From IMG/VR virus record IMGVR_UViG_2645727839_000001, positions 32,001 through 96,000 of that record: a DNA stretch of 64,000 bases. One strand, 5' to 3'. The first letter of the stretch is position 1; each line of letters starts with the position of its first letter. The notes beneath the pieces are model-generated. The model did not search any database and was not told the origin of the DNA. It was given only the letters and a program-made list of their open reading frames with translations. The stretch is from a virus. Taxonomy: Duplodnaviria > Caudoviricetes. This document shows positions 29,564 through 40,338 of the stretch, piece by piece. The position numbers were made by a program, and so were the translations under genes.

Positions 29564-30261
29564 ACAAACACTCTATCCAACTCAGGCCGACTTGCTCTTG
29601 AGAAGATAGCCGGACTTGTGAAGATTTGCGGGTCTAAGTCCATAAGTGGGGAGTTTTGATGAACAGAGAGATTGCCAACAAGAACAAATGTCTTAACACC
29701 TGCTCTGATCATCTTCTTGTAATCGACACCAAACATGTTGCCGCCACGTTCGTGAGAAGATTCCATGTATTTGTGTGTAACCCAAGAAGCTACCACCACT
29801 TTAGGCTTAAAGTTCTTGAATGCTTTGTTGGCGTCTATCTCTACAACATCTTTGCCGTAGTTCACAGTGGGTTGATGCGCTAGACCATATAGAGCTGCGG
29901 TTGCGTACTTATGATTGTTCTTAGGGTGTTGTTGATAGTTATCAACCATTCGAATACCCAAGCTACGACCATATACCCCGTTACCTGCTCCGATTTCCAT
30001 TGCTCTGGATTTGTCTTCTGGTAAGAAGCTACTGATAAAGTTGATAAGCTCTAAAGACGGGATAGAGTAAAAAGCGTGTTTATGGCAGAAAATTCTTAGC
30101 TTACTTCGTGGTATTTCAGCGAGTACATCCATCGGGAGTACCTTCAACTGCCCTTCTTCATCAAGAAGCAAAGCCTCAACATCGCTAACGTCTTCGGGCT
30201 CTAAAATAGATAGGCTACCAAGCATTGTGGATACTTGATCAAAAAGCTTTTCTGAGTGCAT
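29551..30261 (-). CDS. SAM-dependent methyltransferase-like protein
   Basis: MEIGAGNG motif I; shared leader; operators at 30284 and 30334. Confidence 0.6.
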   Translation of the reverse strand: MHSEKLFDQVSTMLGSLSILEPEDVSDVEALLLDEEGQLKVLPMDVLAEIPRSKLRIFCHKHAFYSIPSLELINFISSFLPEDKSRAMEIGAGNGVYGRSLGIRMVDNYQQHPKNNHKYATAALYGLAHQPTVNYGKDVVEIDANKAFKNFKPKVVVASWVTHKYMESSHERGGNMFGVDYKKMIRAGVKTFVLVGNLSVHQNSPLMDLDPQIFTSPAIFSRASRPELDRVFVWNF

Positions 30262-30466
30262 GTGGTTTCTCTTTGTGTAGTGATAAGTCAGTGATGACTA
30301 ATTACATTATAAAGAAACAGAGTAGGCACTTCTACAGTCAGCAGTGACTAATATAAGATTTTATTGGGAATTTCCAAAAAACCGCAGACGGGAATTTCGT
30401 TTTCTGGGGGTGGTTAGCCCCCAAGATATAAAGAATCTTTGTTGGTTAACAGCTCTAACCTGTCAA

Positions 30467-30730
30467 CTAACTGTCTAAAGACAACCACTCTTCCTTAGAC
30501 ATGTCAAAGTACACATGTGGCTCTGGTAAATCTTGCGAACGCCTAAGAAAGTCAGCCATTCTAGAATGGTAAGTTGGATTTTTCTGCATTCTAACTTTGT
30601 TAGTACAAAGCTGCGCCCTACGTTTGGGCGATATACTCGCCCAAATTTCGTCACTATAGCCGTAGAACGCTTGCGTACCTTTAGCTGAGTAGCTTGGGAA
30701 CCACAGAATACCCTCTGGTGGTAACTTCAT
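30467..30730 (-). CDS. hypothetical protein
   Basis: ATGA-coupled ORF. Confidence 0.55.
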   Translation of the reverse strand: MKLPPEGILWFPSYSAKGTQAFYGYSDEIWASISPKRRAQLCTNKVRMQKNPTYHSRMADFLRRSQDLPEPHVYFDMSKEEWLSLDS

Positions 30731-31299
30731 CGGTTCTCTTTAGACTCCCTAATTTTACCCAACACCTTAGCTTTCATATCTTCTTTTCCCGCCTCTTTGC
30801 TTTTCAGGAATAGCTCTCCCTTAAATTCTTCGAGCTGGTGTTTTGAGCATTGAACGAGCATATCCCTGCGGTGTTTCAGGGCTTCTGTTGCTTGCTTTGC
30901 CATGTCAGCGATCATTCGCGCATCGTTGTACCGTTTCACCGCAGCTCGGTAACGTTTATCAATCATTACGCCTTTGGAAATAAAGGACTCTGTTACTTTC
31001 TCACCTTTATTCTTATTGCGTATCTCATGATAGAGCTTGGCTTCTACAATCTCCATGTCGTTCTTCGCCCTGTCCGATTGCAACTGTGCCTTAGCTGCTT
31101 GAGTACCATAGTACGAGTAAAGCGAGGCTTGTTTTGCCATCGCTTCATCTAGGTCATGGTCTGAGAACGAAACGTCCTTCTTTAATTGGTAAGGGTCGAT
31201 GAACTGGCGAAGTGAAGCTGATATCTTCAAGGCATCGCGCTCCGCCTCTTCTTCCGCCAATGCGATTTCGTCTAGCTCGTCCGGTGATAAATCACTCAT
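30727..31299 (-). CDS. putative UvsY-like recombination mediator (helical)
   Basis: Helical protein with K.TES.I...V..D..Y pattern; GAGG RBS before MSDLS; recombination gene context. Confidence 0.45.
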   Translation of the reverse strand: MSDLSPDELDEIALAEEEAERDALKISASLRQFIDPYQLKKDVSFSDHDLDEAMAKQASLYSYYGTQAAKAQLQSDRAKNDMEIVEAKLYHEIRNKNKGEKVTESFISKGVMIDKRYRAAVKRYNDARMIADMAKQATEALKHRRDMLVQCSKHQLEEFKGELFLKSKEAGKEDMKAKVLGKIRESKENR

Positions 31300-31397
31300 A
31301 AATACCTCTAATTTTCTCGCTCTGTGAGAGCGTTTTAAATTAGACGACAAACAGCAAGCGCGTTCTCTGGGAAGCTCTCTGTCGTCTTCTCAGTGCG

Positions 31398-34300
31398 TTA
31401 AATAATGTCTGCCGTTTGCTCGAATACGTTCTCTAAATAAGACGCTCGAGCAGGTTCAAAGTAAAGCATTGCCGGATTGATACCAAACAAGATAGTCATA
31501 TCCCGTTTAGCACAGTAATGGGATTGGCCTGCCAACTCTTCCCACGAACCTTTCACATCTGGCGCAAGGTGACGAATCGATACTGAACCCAATGCCACCA
31601 CCACTGACGGTTTCAATATCTCTAACTCTTTGTCGAGAATAGAACCGTAGTCGATAGCCATCTGATTACTAATCTTCTCACCTTTGTTCTTCTCTGATTT
31701 CAAGAAGGCAGTATGGTAAGCATCAGAACGTTTTAAACCTGCTGACTGCATTGCCTCGATAACTGGCTTATAACCCTTACCCTCAGTCATTTGCCCCTTC
31801 TCTACCTCTGTCCATGTTGGCGCATCAGTAACGACGACGAACTTAGCTCGTTTTGGTAGATATGGTTTAGGATGAGAGCGACCTGCTGTTTCTTCACAAC
31901 ATGTACGAGCCTCTTTCAGCACTTCTACTAGTAGTGCACCATCTTCTTTACCCAATTTGATATTACGATCGGACTTTAGATTCTCTACTACCAGACCTGG
32001 CAATAGGACTTTCTGAGCCTTTAGTCGTTCTGGGTGCATGGCTGGCTGCTGACTTTCATCTAGTGAAGCGAACGCACCAATCTCATCAAGGTTTGCTTGA
32101 ATACGTTTGTTCACCGAACGCTTGTTAACTAAGGACAAGAACTCTTCGACAGATTCAAACTTGCCACCGGCTTTTACCTTTGCCTCTTTGATAGACTCAA
32201 GAGCCTTGCCGCTTAACCCTTTTACTTTGTCGAATGGGGTATATAGAACCGTCTTCTCTCGGGCTGCATCATAGCTAATCTCAAAACGACCAGATGACTT
32301 GTTAACATCAGGCGGCATGATGAGAATGCCTTTTGAGTTGGCATCACGAACGATACCGGGATACTTCTCTTCTTTTAGGATTGTAAGAGCCGAAGCATAG
32401 AACGCAGCCGGATGTTGAACTTTAAGCCACTGTGTCCAGTAAGAGATAAGCGTATAAGCAATGGCGTGTGATTTGTTGAACTGGTAGCTGGCGTTCGCCT
32501 CGATATCACCCCAAACTTTTACCGCTTGGTGCTCACTGATTGGATTCTCACCCTCTGTTGCACCATTGATAAAGCTCTCTCGTATCTTTGACATTGCAGC
32601 CATGTCTTTTTTACCGATTGCTTTACGAAGTGAGTCTGCTTCTGCCATCGAGAAACCTGCCACAGTCTGCGCTACTTTCATGGTCTGTTCCTGATAGACC
32701 ATTTGACCGTATGTTTCTTCAAGTACTGGCTCGAGAGATGGAATTGGATAGTCGGGTTCGCAGTAGCCACGCTTAATGTCTACCCACATCTCTGTCATAC
32801 CTGTCTCGAGTGGACCCGGACGGTTTAACGCTGAGATTGCCGCGATATCCTCAAAGCTAAGCATCTCTTCTGAACCTGCTTGCTTTAGAAGTTTACGAGC
32901 GTTGCCACCCTCAAACTGGAACGTAGCGATTGTGTCGCCTTTACCAAATGACTCGAGTACTTTCTTATCATCAAGTGGCAAGTTGAGATAGTCTATCTCC
33001 TGCCCTGTTGCCTCTTTGACGTACTCTTTGCCAAGCTTAAGCATATCTAACGTAGACAGACCAAGAATATCGAGCTTGATTAAACCCCAATCCTCTACTG
33101 TTCGTTTATCCCAGTTAGAACATGAACCACCAGCTCGACGTTCTACCACTGCACGATTCTTAATTGGCTCACCTGCTACGATGATACCTGCTGCGTGTTG
33201 ACCGTAGTTTCTGAACGTACCTTGTAAAGAACATGCCTCTTTGAAGATCTGCATATGCTCATCGGCAAACTGCTGAATAGCCGGCACCTGCTCGTAAGCT
33301 TCTTCCAATGACACTGACGAACCATGAACTTTCGGTACTTGCTTAGAACATTCAATCTGACTTTCGGTTAGGCCATGTGCTTTAGCTACCGAACGTAGAG
33401 ATGATGAAGTACCTAGCTCACCGTAGTTGCTGATACCACAAACATAATCATTGCCGTATTCTTCACGTAGCCAGTTGATCACCTCGTCACGACGAGAACT
33501 CATGAAATCCAAATCGATATCGGGTAAATCGATACGCGATGGGTTAATGAAACGTTCAAAGATAAGACCAAAGCGAAGAGGATCAACGTCTGTAATCCCC
33601 ATAAGGAATGCAACCAATGAACCTGCACACGAACCACGAGCGGGTCCAACCTCGATGCCGTTGTCTTTCGACCAGTTAACTACTTTGTGAACCAGTAAGA
33701 AGTAATCCTCAAAGCCCATCTTATGTAGAACGCCTAACTCATACTTCAAACGACTCACATACTCGGGCAACTTCTCTTTAGGAGGCATGTAACCCATAGT
33801 CGGTTTAGAGATACGCTCTTTCCAACCGTCTTTAGTTAGGTTGACTAGAGTTTTGTAAGGCGTGTCGCTCATGTGAGGCAAACAGATATCTAGTTTGTGC
33901 CACTCGTAAGAACAGAACTCCGATAGAGCGTTAGTGCCAGAGATACCCTTGCTAATGATTGCCGCAATATCATTTGTATCGTGACCTCGTAACAACAGAC
34001 GCTCATGCATACCTTTTAGCTCAGCTTCGAACTCATAAGCCTGAACAACATACATATCGCTGGTGGCTGGCTCTAATCGCCAAGTCTCTTCAACGGTATT
34101 ACGATTCAAGATGCAGCACATGGTGTTACGTACCTTATCATCGTCTTTCTTATACATCGTTGGGCGACTGATGATTAACTCGGTGTCGTCGCTGTCTAAC
34201 GCTACACTAGCGATCAAATCATTAACGCGATCATTGTATGCTGTCTTAACAGGGATAAGCTCATAGCGAATTAGAGAGCTGTCTAAGTGACTTCCCAGAT

Positions 34301-34787
34301 ACTCTAAGATCGCAGTGTGATTCTTATGAGAGAAGAGGCTATGAATATCTCCGGTCGTCATGATTAGATTGCCACGCTTAACAACCTCAACAACCTCTTC
34401 AAGCGACAACTGCGGCTCAAAGTAAAAGTGGTCTTCATTGTTCGCCATCGATAGCAGTTCGATAACGTCCTTTAAACCTGCATCGTTTTTAATGATCAGC
34501 TTAGGCATAAAGAAAGGGTTTGGCTTACGTCGAGGTTCACCACGTTTAGCTCGTCGCCAAGTCAGGTCATCTACTACCTTTACCGCAGCGCCAAAGCACA
34601 CTTTGATATCTTTTTCTTTAGCCGTTCTGAATGCTTTCACCAGTGCATTGATACTATTAAAGTCGGCTATAGTAACCGACTCGTATTCATAGGTACTGGC
34701 TTCTGTCACAAGCTCTTCTGGTGCGAGTATCGACTGACTCAATGAAAAGTGAGTGCGACCGCCTATATAGTTTTTAATTTGTTCCAT
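31398..34787 (-). CDS. dnaE: DNA polymerase III alpha subunit with C-terminal UDG-superfamily domain
   Basis: PHP region, GPARGSCAGSLVA, FERFINPSR.DLPDIDLDF, HAAG, KLDILGL, FNKSHA; C-terminal ELEILKPSVVVALG. Confidence 0.95.
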   Translation of the reverse strand: MEQIKNYIGGRTHFSLSQSILAPEELVTEASTYEYESVTIADFNSINALVKAFRTAKEKDIKVCFGAAVKVVDDLTWRRAKRGEPRRKPNPFFMPKLIIKNDAGLKDVIELLSMANNEDHFYFEPQLSLEEVVEVVKRGNLIMTTGDIHSLFSHKNHTAILEYLGSHLDSSLIRYELIPVKTAYNDRVNDLIASVALDSDDTELIISRPTMYKKDDDKVRNTMCCILNRNTVEETWRLEPATSDMYVVQAYEFEAELKGMHERLLLRGHDTNDIAAIISKGISGTNALSEFCSYEWHKLDICLPHMSDTPYKTLVNLTKDGWKERISKPTMGYMPPKEKLPEYVSRLKYELGVLHKMGFEDYFLLVHKVVNWSKDNGIEVGPARGSCAGSLVAFLMGITDVDPLRFGLIFERFINPSRIDLPDIDLDFMSSRRDEVINWLREEYGNDYVCGISNYGELGTSSSLRSVAKAHGLTESQIECSKQVPKVHGSSVSLEEAYEQVPAIQQFADEHMQIFKEACSLQGTFRNYGQHAAGIIVAGEPIKNRAVVERRAGGSCSNWDKRTVEDWGLIKLDILGLSTLDMLKLGKEYVKEATGQEIDYLNLPLDDKKVLESFGKGDTIATFQFEGGNARKLLKQAGSEEMLSFEDIAAISALNRPGPLETGMTEMWVDIKRGYCEPDYPIPSLEPVLEETYGQMVYQEQTMKVAQTVAGFSMAEADSLRKAIGKKDMAAMSKIRESFINGATEGENPISEHQAVKVWGDIEANASYQFNKSHAIAYTLISYWTQWLKVQHPAAFYASALTILKEEKYPGIVRDANSKGILIMPPDVNKSSGRFEISYDAAREKTVLYTPFDKVKGLSGKALESIKEAKVKAGGKFESVEEFLSLVNKRSVNKRIQANLDEIGAFASLDESQQPAMHPERLKAQKVLLPGLVVENLKSDRNIKLGKEDGALLVEVLKEARTCCEETAGRSHPKPYLPKRAKFVVVTDAPTWTEVEKGQMTEGKGYKPVIEAMQSAGLKRSDAYHTAFLKSEKNKGEKISNQMAIDYGSILDKELEILKPSVVVALGSVSIRHLAPDVKGSWEELAGQSHYCAKRDMTILFGINPAMLYFEPARASYLENVFEQTADII

Positions 34788-35379
34788 GCTGTCCTCTAGC
34801 AACGTACACCCCACCCTTCTTAACAATTAGGTTTAACGCCTCGAATGCTTTGATGGTTGAGTGGTAGTAAGAACGAACGGTATCTTCCGTCCAGTGTGGA
34901 AAGTTTTTTTGCAGCGTTTCTTTTAGGTCTCCGGCTTTAAACATGCCTTTCAAGACCAATTCGAATGAGGGTTCAAGATGAGCAGGTTTCAAACCGCAGA
35001 ATGGGTTTCTAGAATTCGCTACTGCTTCAATCAGGTTTGACTCTAGAGATAGCATCTTTCTTGCCAACTCAAATGAGCCTCTTGGTAAGTGGGTCAATGC
35101 TGAAAGCTTAACGGCTGACACTTTACGTTTAGGTATCTTTTTACGTGCCTTGTTGTGACGCTCAACTAAGTCAGGCGAATCAGAATAGATAACCTCAAGA
35201 CCTGTTCGTTTGAGATCTTCTAAGAAGTCACTAACATCGGTCTTGGTGTGAATATCGAGAAGTGTTTTGCGGCAAGTCTCTGCGCATTGGGTAGCGTGAA
35301 CGCATTTGCCACAGCTTTCAGACTGACTGCTAAAAGTAACAGCCATTCCAAAACAACCAGGAAGGTTATTCATTGCCAC
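34774..35379 (-). CDS. hypothetical protein with N-terminal Cys cluster and winged-helix-like C-terminus
   Basis: PGCFG...CGKC....C; WTEDTVRSY. Confidence 0.65.
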   Translation of the reverse strand: MAMNNLPGCFGMAVTFSSQSESCGKCVHATQCAETCRKTLLDIHTKTDVSDFLEDLKRTGLEVIYSDSPDLVERHNKARKKIPKRKVSAVKLSALTHLPRGSFELARKMLSLESNLIEAVANSRNPFCGLKPAHLEPSFELVLKGMFKAGDLKETLQKNFPHWTEDTVRSYYHSTIKAFEALNLIVKKGGVYVARGQHGTN

Positions 35380-35620
35380 CTCTCTTCGCTCTACGTTTAG
35401 CGTAGCGAGTGCTTAGGTAACAACCTTTACACCAAGAATGCGTTTTGGTTTGAGAAGAAGACTCTCCATACCAGAACTCAGAGGTTAACGGCCAACTCTC
35501 ATCGCACTGCGTACAAACCTTTTCCGGTTCATCGTCAGCAATGATGAATTTGCCTCTCCTTACTTGTCGCTCAATGACTGCCTGAGATATCTCAGGCAAG
35601 TAATCAATTACAGGTTTCAT
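35366..35620 (-). CDS. small zinc-finger protein
   Basis: CTQC...WP...EFW...WCKGC. Confidence 0.7.
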   Translation of the reverse strand: MKPVIDYLPEISQAVIERQVRRGKFIIADDEPEKVCTQCDESWPLTSEFWYGESSSQTKTHSWCKGCYLSTRYAKRRAKRGGNE

Positions 35621-35628
35621 ACGTACCC

Positions 35629-36810
35629 CTATGACAAGGTACGTTGAGCGATACTAAGTGCGGCTTGAGCTTCTGCTTCTGGCAGACGGTTCGAGTAGGA
35701 CACCATCACACCCTTAACAAAGTCACCTCGTAGCAAACCAATCTTTGCGATATTGATTAGAACTCGAGGACCCAAAGTTAAACTCACCTCTGTAGGGTAT
35801 GACTGACGAATCTTGGCAGCGAAATCGACAATCTTCTTGGCATCAGACTCGACTAATCCGGTCTTGCGCATCACGATTGCGGTTTCTTTCTTAGCTGGCA
35901 TGTATTCAATCTTCTCAACAATACCAAAACGCTCGAATGTAGCGGCATCTTGAACCACTGTTGCTTGATACAAGCCTGTCTCATCACCTGAACCGTTCGT
36001 GTTACCCGTAGCAACAAAGCGAAAGTTTGGATGAGGGCGAATGTAACGTAGTTCTGGCGGAGCTTCTTTAATGTGAAGAGCTTTGCCTTCTAACACTGCT
36101 TGGTAAACAGAAAGTACGTTTGGATAAGCACGATCGTATTCATCAGCCATGTAAATATCACCGTTAAGCATCGCGATTGGTAAATCACCCAACTCAAATT
36201 CTGTTTTGGCTTTTAGCTCACCGGTTTTTGGGTCTTCAATATGCTTAACAACATACTGACCAACGATGTGACACTCTTCTGTATTAGGTGTGTGTTGAAC
36301 ACGGCGAAGACGACGATTAGTAGCCGCAGCAATGTTTTCCCAGAACGTAGACTTACCCACGCCAGCGTGACCCCAAATGTAAGTTGGAATGCTTAACTCG
36401 ATACCCATTAAGCATGACTTAAGAACGTCCACGTCGAACACATAGTCAGTGTCGAACACTGGCACTAACTCAGGCTCTTTCTCAGGCATTTCAAGTGTAG
36501 TAATCGGGATTGGATTACCCTTTGCTGTACGCGCTGCTTTGATACTCCCAAGATTGAACAACTCATGAAGAGGAACTTTACCTGTGTTCTCTTCAACTGC
36601 TGCTGCAACTGCTGTCTTTTTAGGTTCTTCTTTCTTAGCCTCCCCTACTGCTTTCTTCTTGGCTTCAATCTTAGCTCGAGCCGCTTCTGAAAGTAGTGGT
36701 GAACCCGGAAAACGCTCTTCGTAATCATCCACTGTAATGCCATCGTGCTCTTTCTTTAGGTGAAGCGCGATTGAGTGAACGGATTTGGAACACAGTTTAC
36801 ATTCGATCAT
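35629..36810 (-). CDS. CobS/MoxR-type AAA+ ATPase with N-terminal C2H2 zinc finger
   Basis: CKLC...HLKKEH; GHAGVGKS; ADEYD; FVATGNTNG; adjacent VWA gene. Confidence 0.88.
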   Translation of the reverse strand: MIECKLCSKSVHSIALHLKKEHDGITVDDYEERFPGSPLLSEAARAKIEAKKKAVGEAKKEEPKKTAVAAAVEENTGKVPLHELFNLGSIKAARTAKGNPIPITTLEMPEKEPELVPVFDTDYVFDVDVLKSCLMGIELSIPTYIWGHAGVGKSTFWENIAAATNRRLRRVQHTPNTEECHIVGQYVVKHIEDPKTGELKAKTEFELGDLPIAMLNGDIYMADEYDRAYPNVLSVYQAVLEGKALHIKEAPPELRYIRPHPNFRFVATGNTNGSGDETGLYQATVVQDAATFERFGIVEKIEYMPAKKETAIVMRKTGLVESDAKKIVDFAAKIRQSYPTEVSLTLGPRVLINIAKIGLLRGDFVKGVMVSYSNRLPEAEAQAALSIAQRTLS

Positions 36811-36832
36811 CTTGGTTTCTCTTTGCGTGTGG

Positions 36833-36850
36833 TAAGTCACTAGTGACTTA
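36833..36850. promoter_or_regulatory. perfect 18-bp operator
   Basis: TAAGTCACTAGTGACTTA; second copy at 36895-36912 brackets an ATGCCT-15-TATAAG putative promoter. Confidence 0.8.
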
Positions 36851-36909
36851 ATTATTTTCTATGTGCTTATAGTAATGATCTGCTCAAGGCATAACAAGTC
36901 ACCGCTTAC

Positions 36910-37191
36910 TTATCTTTCCTTTTCGCCAGAACCGTCGTCTTCTAGAAAATGATTATCCGAATTACTGGTGTGTACTTTGCCGTCTCTATCAATCCAAGCA
37001 ATTACAGCGTCACCAGAGGTAATATTGCCAGTAATGTCACCAACTTGGCAGCCATGATGAAACATAAGCGTCCAAAGGTCACGATGAACCGGAACGCACT
37101 CAGTTATTACCACGTTCTCTTCTGAAAGGTCGAAGTCTTTTGAAATCTGACCCATCTCTTGGCGTAGGCGAATGAAATCTAAACAATGCAT
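36910..37191 (-). CDS. hypothetical protein
   Basis: AGGAG RBS. Confidence 0.65.
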   Translation of the reverse strand: MHCLDFIRLRQEMGQISKDFDLSEENVVITECVPVHRDLWTLMFHHGCQVGDITGNITSGDAVIAWIDRDGKVHTSNSDNHFLEDDGSGEKER

Positions 37192-37230
37192 GGTTTACTC
37201 CTAAAAGAAAACCGCCCGTAGGCGGTCTGG

Positions 37231-39282
37231 TTATTTTTGCATGATGGCATCACGTAATTGATGCATTACTTGGGTTGGTAAGTCTTCGATTCGGTCTATC
37301 ACTACCGACTTAGGGTAGTAGCTATTAACACATGTTGTCTGAATACCAATGCCGACTACGTTTACTTGCTTCTTACTCAGGTCTTTAATCACTGACTTAA
37401 GATGCTTTTCAAAACCGTAAGTACTGCCGTAAGCACATGGCTGGCCATCTGACAGAACAATTAAGGTTTTACCCGGCTCTCGCTGTCGTAGCAGTCGGTT
37501 TGCGGCGTACTCTAGGCTTTCACCGTCTACGTTGTTAGCTAAGAAGCGTGAACGAGGGATAGATGCCATTCGTTTCTTCTGCTCTACACCAAATCGTTCG
37601 TTAAACCCCTTGAAGATAGGAACATAGACAGGTTCTAGGCGTGACCACTTATCAGTTGCGTGACCACCTCCCATCATCTCATCGTACATGGAACGAAACT
37701 CATCGGTTCGCCATGCCCCATCATCAGTAGTGAAGCCTAGAACCTCAAAGTTGATGTTCAATTTACTTAGAACCTCAGACAGAGCCCACGCTGTCTCGGT
37801 TGCAACATGAATACGTCCACCAGACATTGAACCCGAACAGTCAATAAGAAGTGACACAGCCACCTCTTTTGTCTTCATCTCTTCTTTGGTACGAAATACT
37901 CGAGGATCATTGTTGAGTAGACGGCCTAATGCCGAACTGTTCACTCGCCCTCGCTTCTTACCACCTTCCCAACGAGATTTATTGGCAGCACGAAACGCAC
38001 GTTCCAAACCTTTCTGCAATGTGCCTGTCATACCAGTTACTTTGCCCTCTATCGCATCGATCCATCTCGAATTGAACTCAGGGGGTACAACAAATTCCTC
38101 TACACGATCCCAATCTTTAGTGAATGGGAAGTAGTCAGCATCACCTTTACCCTCACCAGACATCTCACTCACGATATCTGACATGGCATCATCGAATTCT
38201 TCAAAGAGGGTTTCATCTTCTTCCGCATCACTACCCTCTAGTGGTGGCGATGTACTTGCTGAGTCACCATCTCCCTCGAGCATAGGAATATCATCGTCGT
38301 CCTCTGGGAACTCTTCGCTTTCTAGATCATCAATCGATTCATCGGAGCTGGTGGACTCTTCACTGTCCATCTCTTCGTCTTCGCCATCGTCAGGTTTAGG
38401 GCTTTCAGTTTCTTCCTCGCCCGACTCATCAGAAGGTGAGTCAGTTTCTTCGGCTTCATCCTTGCCAGGTTCTTCCGGTTCTTTATCTTCTGAATCACTC
38501 GAGCTGAAATGGGACTCGTCTTCGCCCTCATCATCTAAGTCCGATGGCGGTTCATAAGTTTCGTCCTCTTTATCTTCCGAAGATTTGCGAGATTTTGTTT
38601 TTGCTTTGTGAGGGTCTTTCTCTTCACCTGCGTCTTCACCGTAAACAGCTTTCTTAATGTCTACCGCAAGCTCAAGGTTCTCAAACGAATCGGTTGTTGA
38701 AAGGATTCTCTTAGTGAACGGCTCTATTGCTTTATGAATGTTTGGGATCAACTCCCACTTGTCTTCCATGTAGTCAGCAAAGTGACGTTGACCACCTAGT
38801 GCTCGTATTGCGCAAGCTACAAGTAAGTGCCAGTACTCACGTTCTGTTTTGGCTGGGTCTTTGCGATAGTCTTTAAACTTGGGTTCGATGAAGCGGTTTG
38901 TAAAGATGTGGTACATCTTTTCTAAGTTGTGTGATGAGCCAGAGAACTGCTTTTTCATCATACGTTCAATAAACACGTCTTCACAAATATTGGTCAGAGC
39001 AGCTACCTTTCTTTTGACGGATTGCTCAGCAGCCTTAGAATCTGAGAAAAGCAAGTGTCCAACTTCATGATCAACAAAGCCCTCAATAGCTGAAATTAAC
39101 TCATCACTCGCGTCATCTGGTAAGAACGGGACGTTAACTCGAACCGGAGCTAGCGTGTCTGGGTGGTACTCAACAAAAGCATTCATACCTGATTGTGTAA
39201 CACGAATTCCACGTCCTGATAGGATTCTTGTTACTTTTGTTATGGTTTCGCGAACGATTGCTATTCTTCTTTTGTTGTCCAT
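37231..39282 (-). CDS. CobT-like VWA-domain protein
   Basis: N-terminal HEVGH, acidic linker, MIDAS DCSGSM, VLSDGQP. Confidence 0.88.
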   Translation of the reverse strand: MDNKRRIAIVRETITKVTRILSGRGIRVTQSGMNAFVEYHPDTLAPVRVNVPFLPDDASDELISAIEGFVDHEVGHLLFSDSKAAEQSVKRKVAALTNICEDVFIERMMKKQFSGSSHNLEKMYHIFTNRFIEPKFKDYRKDPAKTEREYWHLLVACAIRALGGQRHFADYMEDKWELIPNIHKAIEPFTKRILSTTDSFENLELAVDIKKAVYGEDAGEEKDPHKAKTKSRKSSEDKEDETYEPPSDLDDEGEDESHFSSSDSEDKEPEEPGKDEAEETDSPSDESGEEETESPKPDDGEDEEMDSEESTSSDESIDDLESEEFPEDDDDIPMLEGDGDSASTSPPLEGSDAEEDETLFEEFDDAMSDIVSEMSGEGKGDADYFPFTKDWDRVEEFVVPPEFNSRWIDAIEGKVTGMTGTLQKGLERAFRAANKSRWEGGKKRGRVNSSALGRLLNNDPRVFRTKEEMKTKEVAVSLLIDCSGSMSGGRIHVATETAWALSEVLSKLNINFEVLGFTTDDGAWRTDEFRSMYDEMMGGGHATDKWSRLEPVYVPIFKGFNERFGVEQKKRMASIPRSRFLANNVDGESLEYAANRLLRQREPGKTLIVLSDGQPCAYGSTYGFEKHLKSVIKDLSKKQVNVVGIGIQTTCVNSYYPKSVVIDRIEDLPTQVMHQLRDAIMQK

Positions 39283-39396
39283 CTTTTCCTCTACCAATTC
39301 ATAATACTATAAGATATAGTAAGCAGTGACTTAATATTACTAGAACTAAAAAGGGAACTAAACGTTCCCTAATTATTTGACCATGTAGGATAGATG

Positions 39397-39567
39397 CTAT
39401 GTACCCACAACAAAGTTCCGGCCTTCTGAGGAAGAGGTCACAAGGACAAGATATTCACCTTCAATCTCAAGCTCGTATACAATCGTGTCTTCGCTGTCCA
39501 TAGAAGATAACGTGGTGGATTTTTCCAAAATCTCTGTTACCTCATCAAAGGAGATTTTACTAATCAT
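39397..39567 (-). CDS. small hypothetical protein
   Basis: AAGGA RBS before MISKISF. Confidence 0.5.
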   Translation of the reverse strand: MISKISFDEVTEILEKSTTLSSMDSEDTIVYELEIEGEYLVLVTSSSEGRNFVVGT

Positions 39568-39924
39568 GATGTCCTTAAAATACGTAGTGGATATATGACC
39601 AGTATAAGATTTGGCAGTCCCGTAGTAAACAAAGATAAGCCCTAGCTCTTTGTGGGCATGACACAGATCCCACAACCAAAGAACAATGCTTAGTGAGATA
39701 TGAGTCACATTGTTTATCCACCTGTTTCTTTAGATTTTCTTATGCAAATTCTTGAAATGCCAGTATTAGTGTAGAAAAGTAACTCACTAGTGATCTAATA
39801 TAAGGGTTGGACAAAGTGCACATTGTGCCAGTGACGCTACAAATTCAAAAAAAAGTGGCAATTTTTACCTGATATGCCGCAGTAGCAACGCTAACTCATT
39901 CTCATTCATTCAAAGAGTAAAACA

Positions 39925-40338
39925 ATGAAACCTAATACGACCGACTTTGAAAGCATTACAGACGATCTATATATCGCAAAAACCGATCGTTTCTTTTCAG
40001 AGTCAATAATCCCAAGACTGATAACCTCTGCTATACACAAATCTAACAAGACACAAGCTGATATGGCAGCAGAGTTAAACCTAAACTCTAATCTGATGAC
40101 TATGTTCAAGCAAGGCAGAACTAAAGTACCTCTTACAAGAGCTAGAGATATAGCTATTGCTTTAGAACTACCTGTTGAAGAATTTGTACTGTTAGTCCTA
40201 AATGAATACCACTCTGAATTACTAGACGTCATGGACAAGACATTTATAGTTCCTCGTAATAAAGAGGAAGCTAAAGCTATAAAGGAAATGAAAGTTCAAT
40301 ACAGAAGAGACTCTGAGCCACGAGAGAACTCCGAATAA
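39925..40338 (+). CDS. XRE-family HTH transcriptional regulator
   Basis: KTQADMAAEL...MTMFKQGRTKVPL...IAIAL. Confidence 0.8.
   Translation: MKPNTTDFESITDDLYIAKTDRFFSESIIPRLITSAIHKSNKTQADMAAELNLNSNLMTMFKQGRTKVPLTRARDIAIALELPVEEFVLLVLNEYHSELLDVMDKTFIVPRNKEEAKAIKEMKVQYRRDSEPRENSE

Noticed and set aside
35629-39282. CobS/CobT as cobalamin biosynthesis genes
   Set aside because: No cobN or other cob genes; such AAA+/VWA pairs are common chaperone-like modules in phages and plasmids
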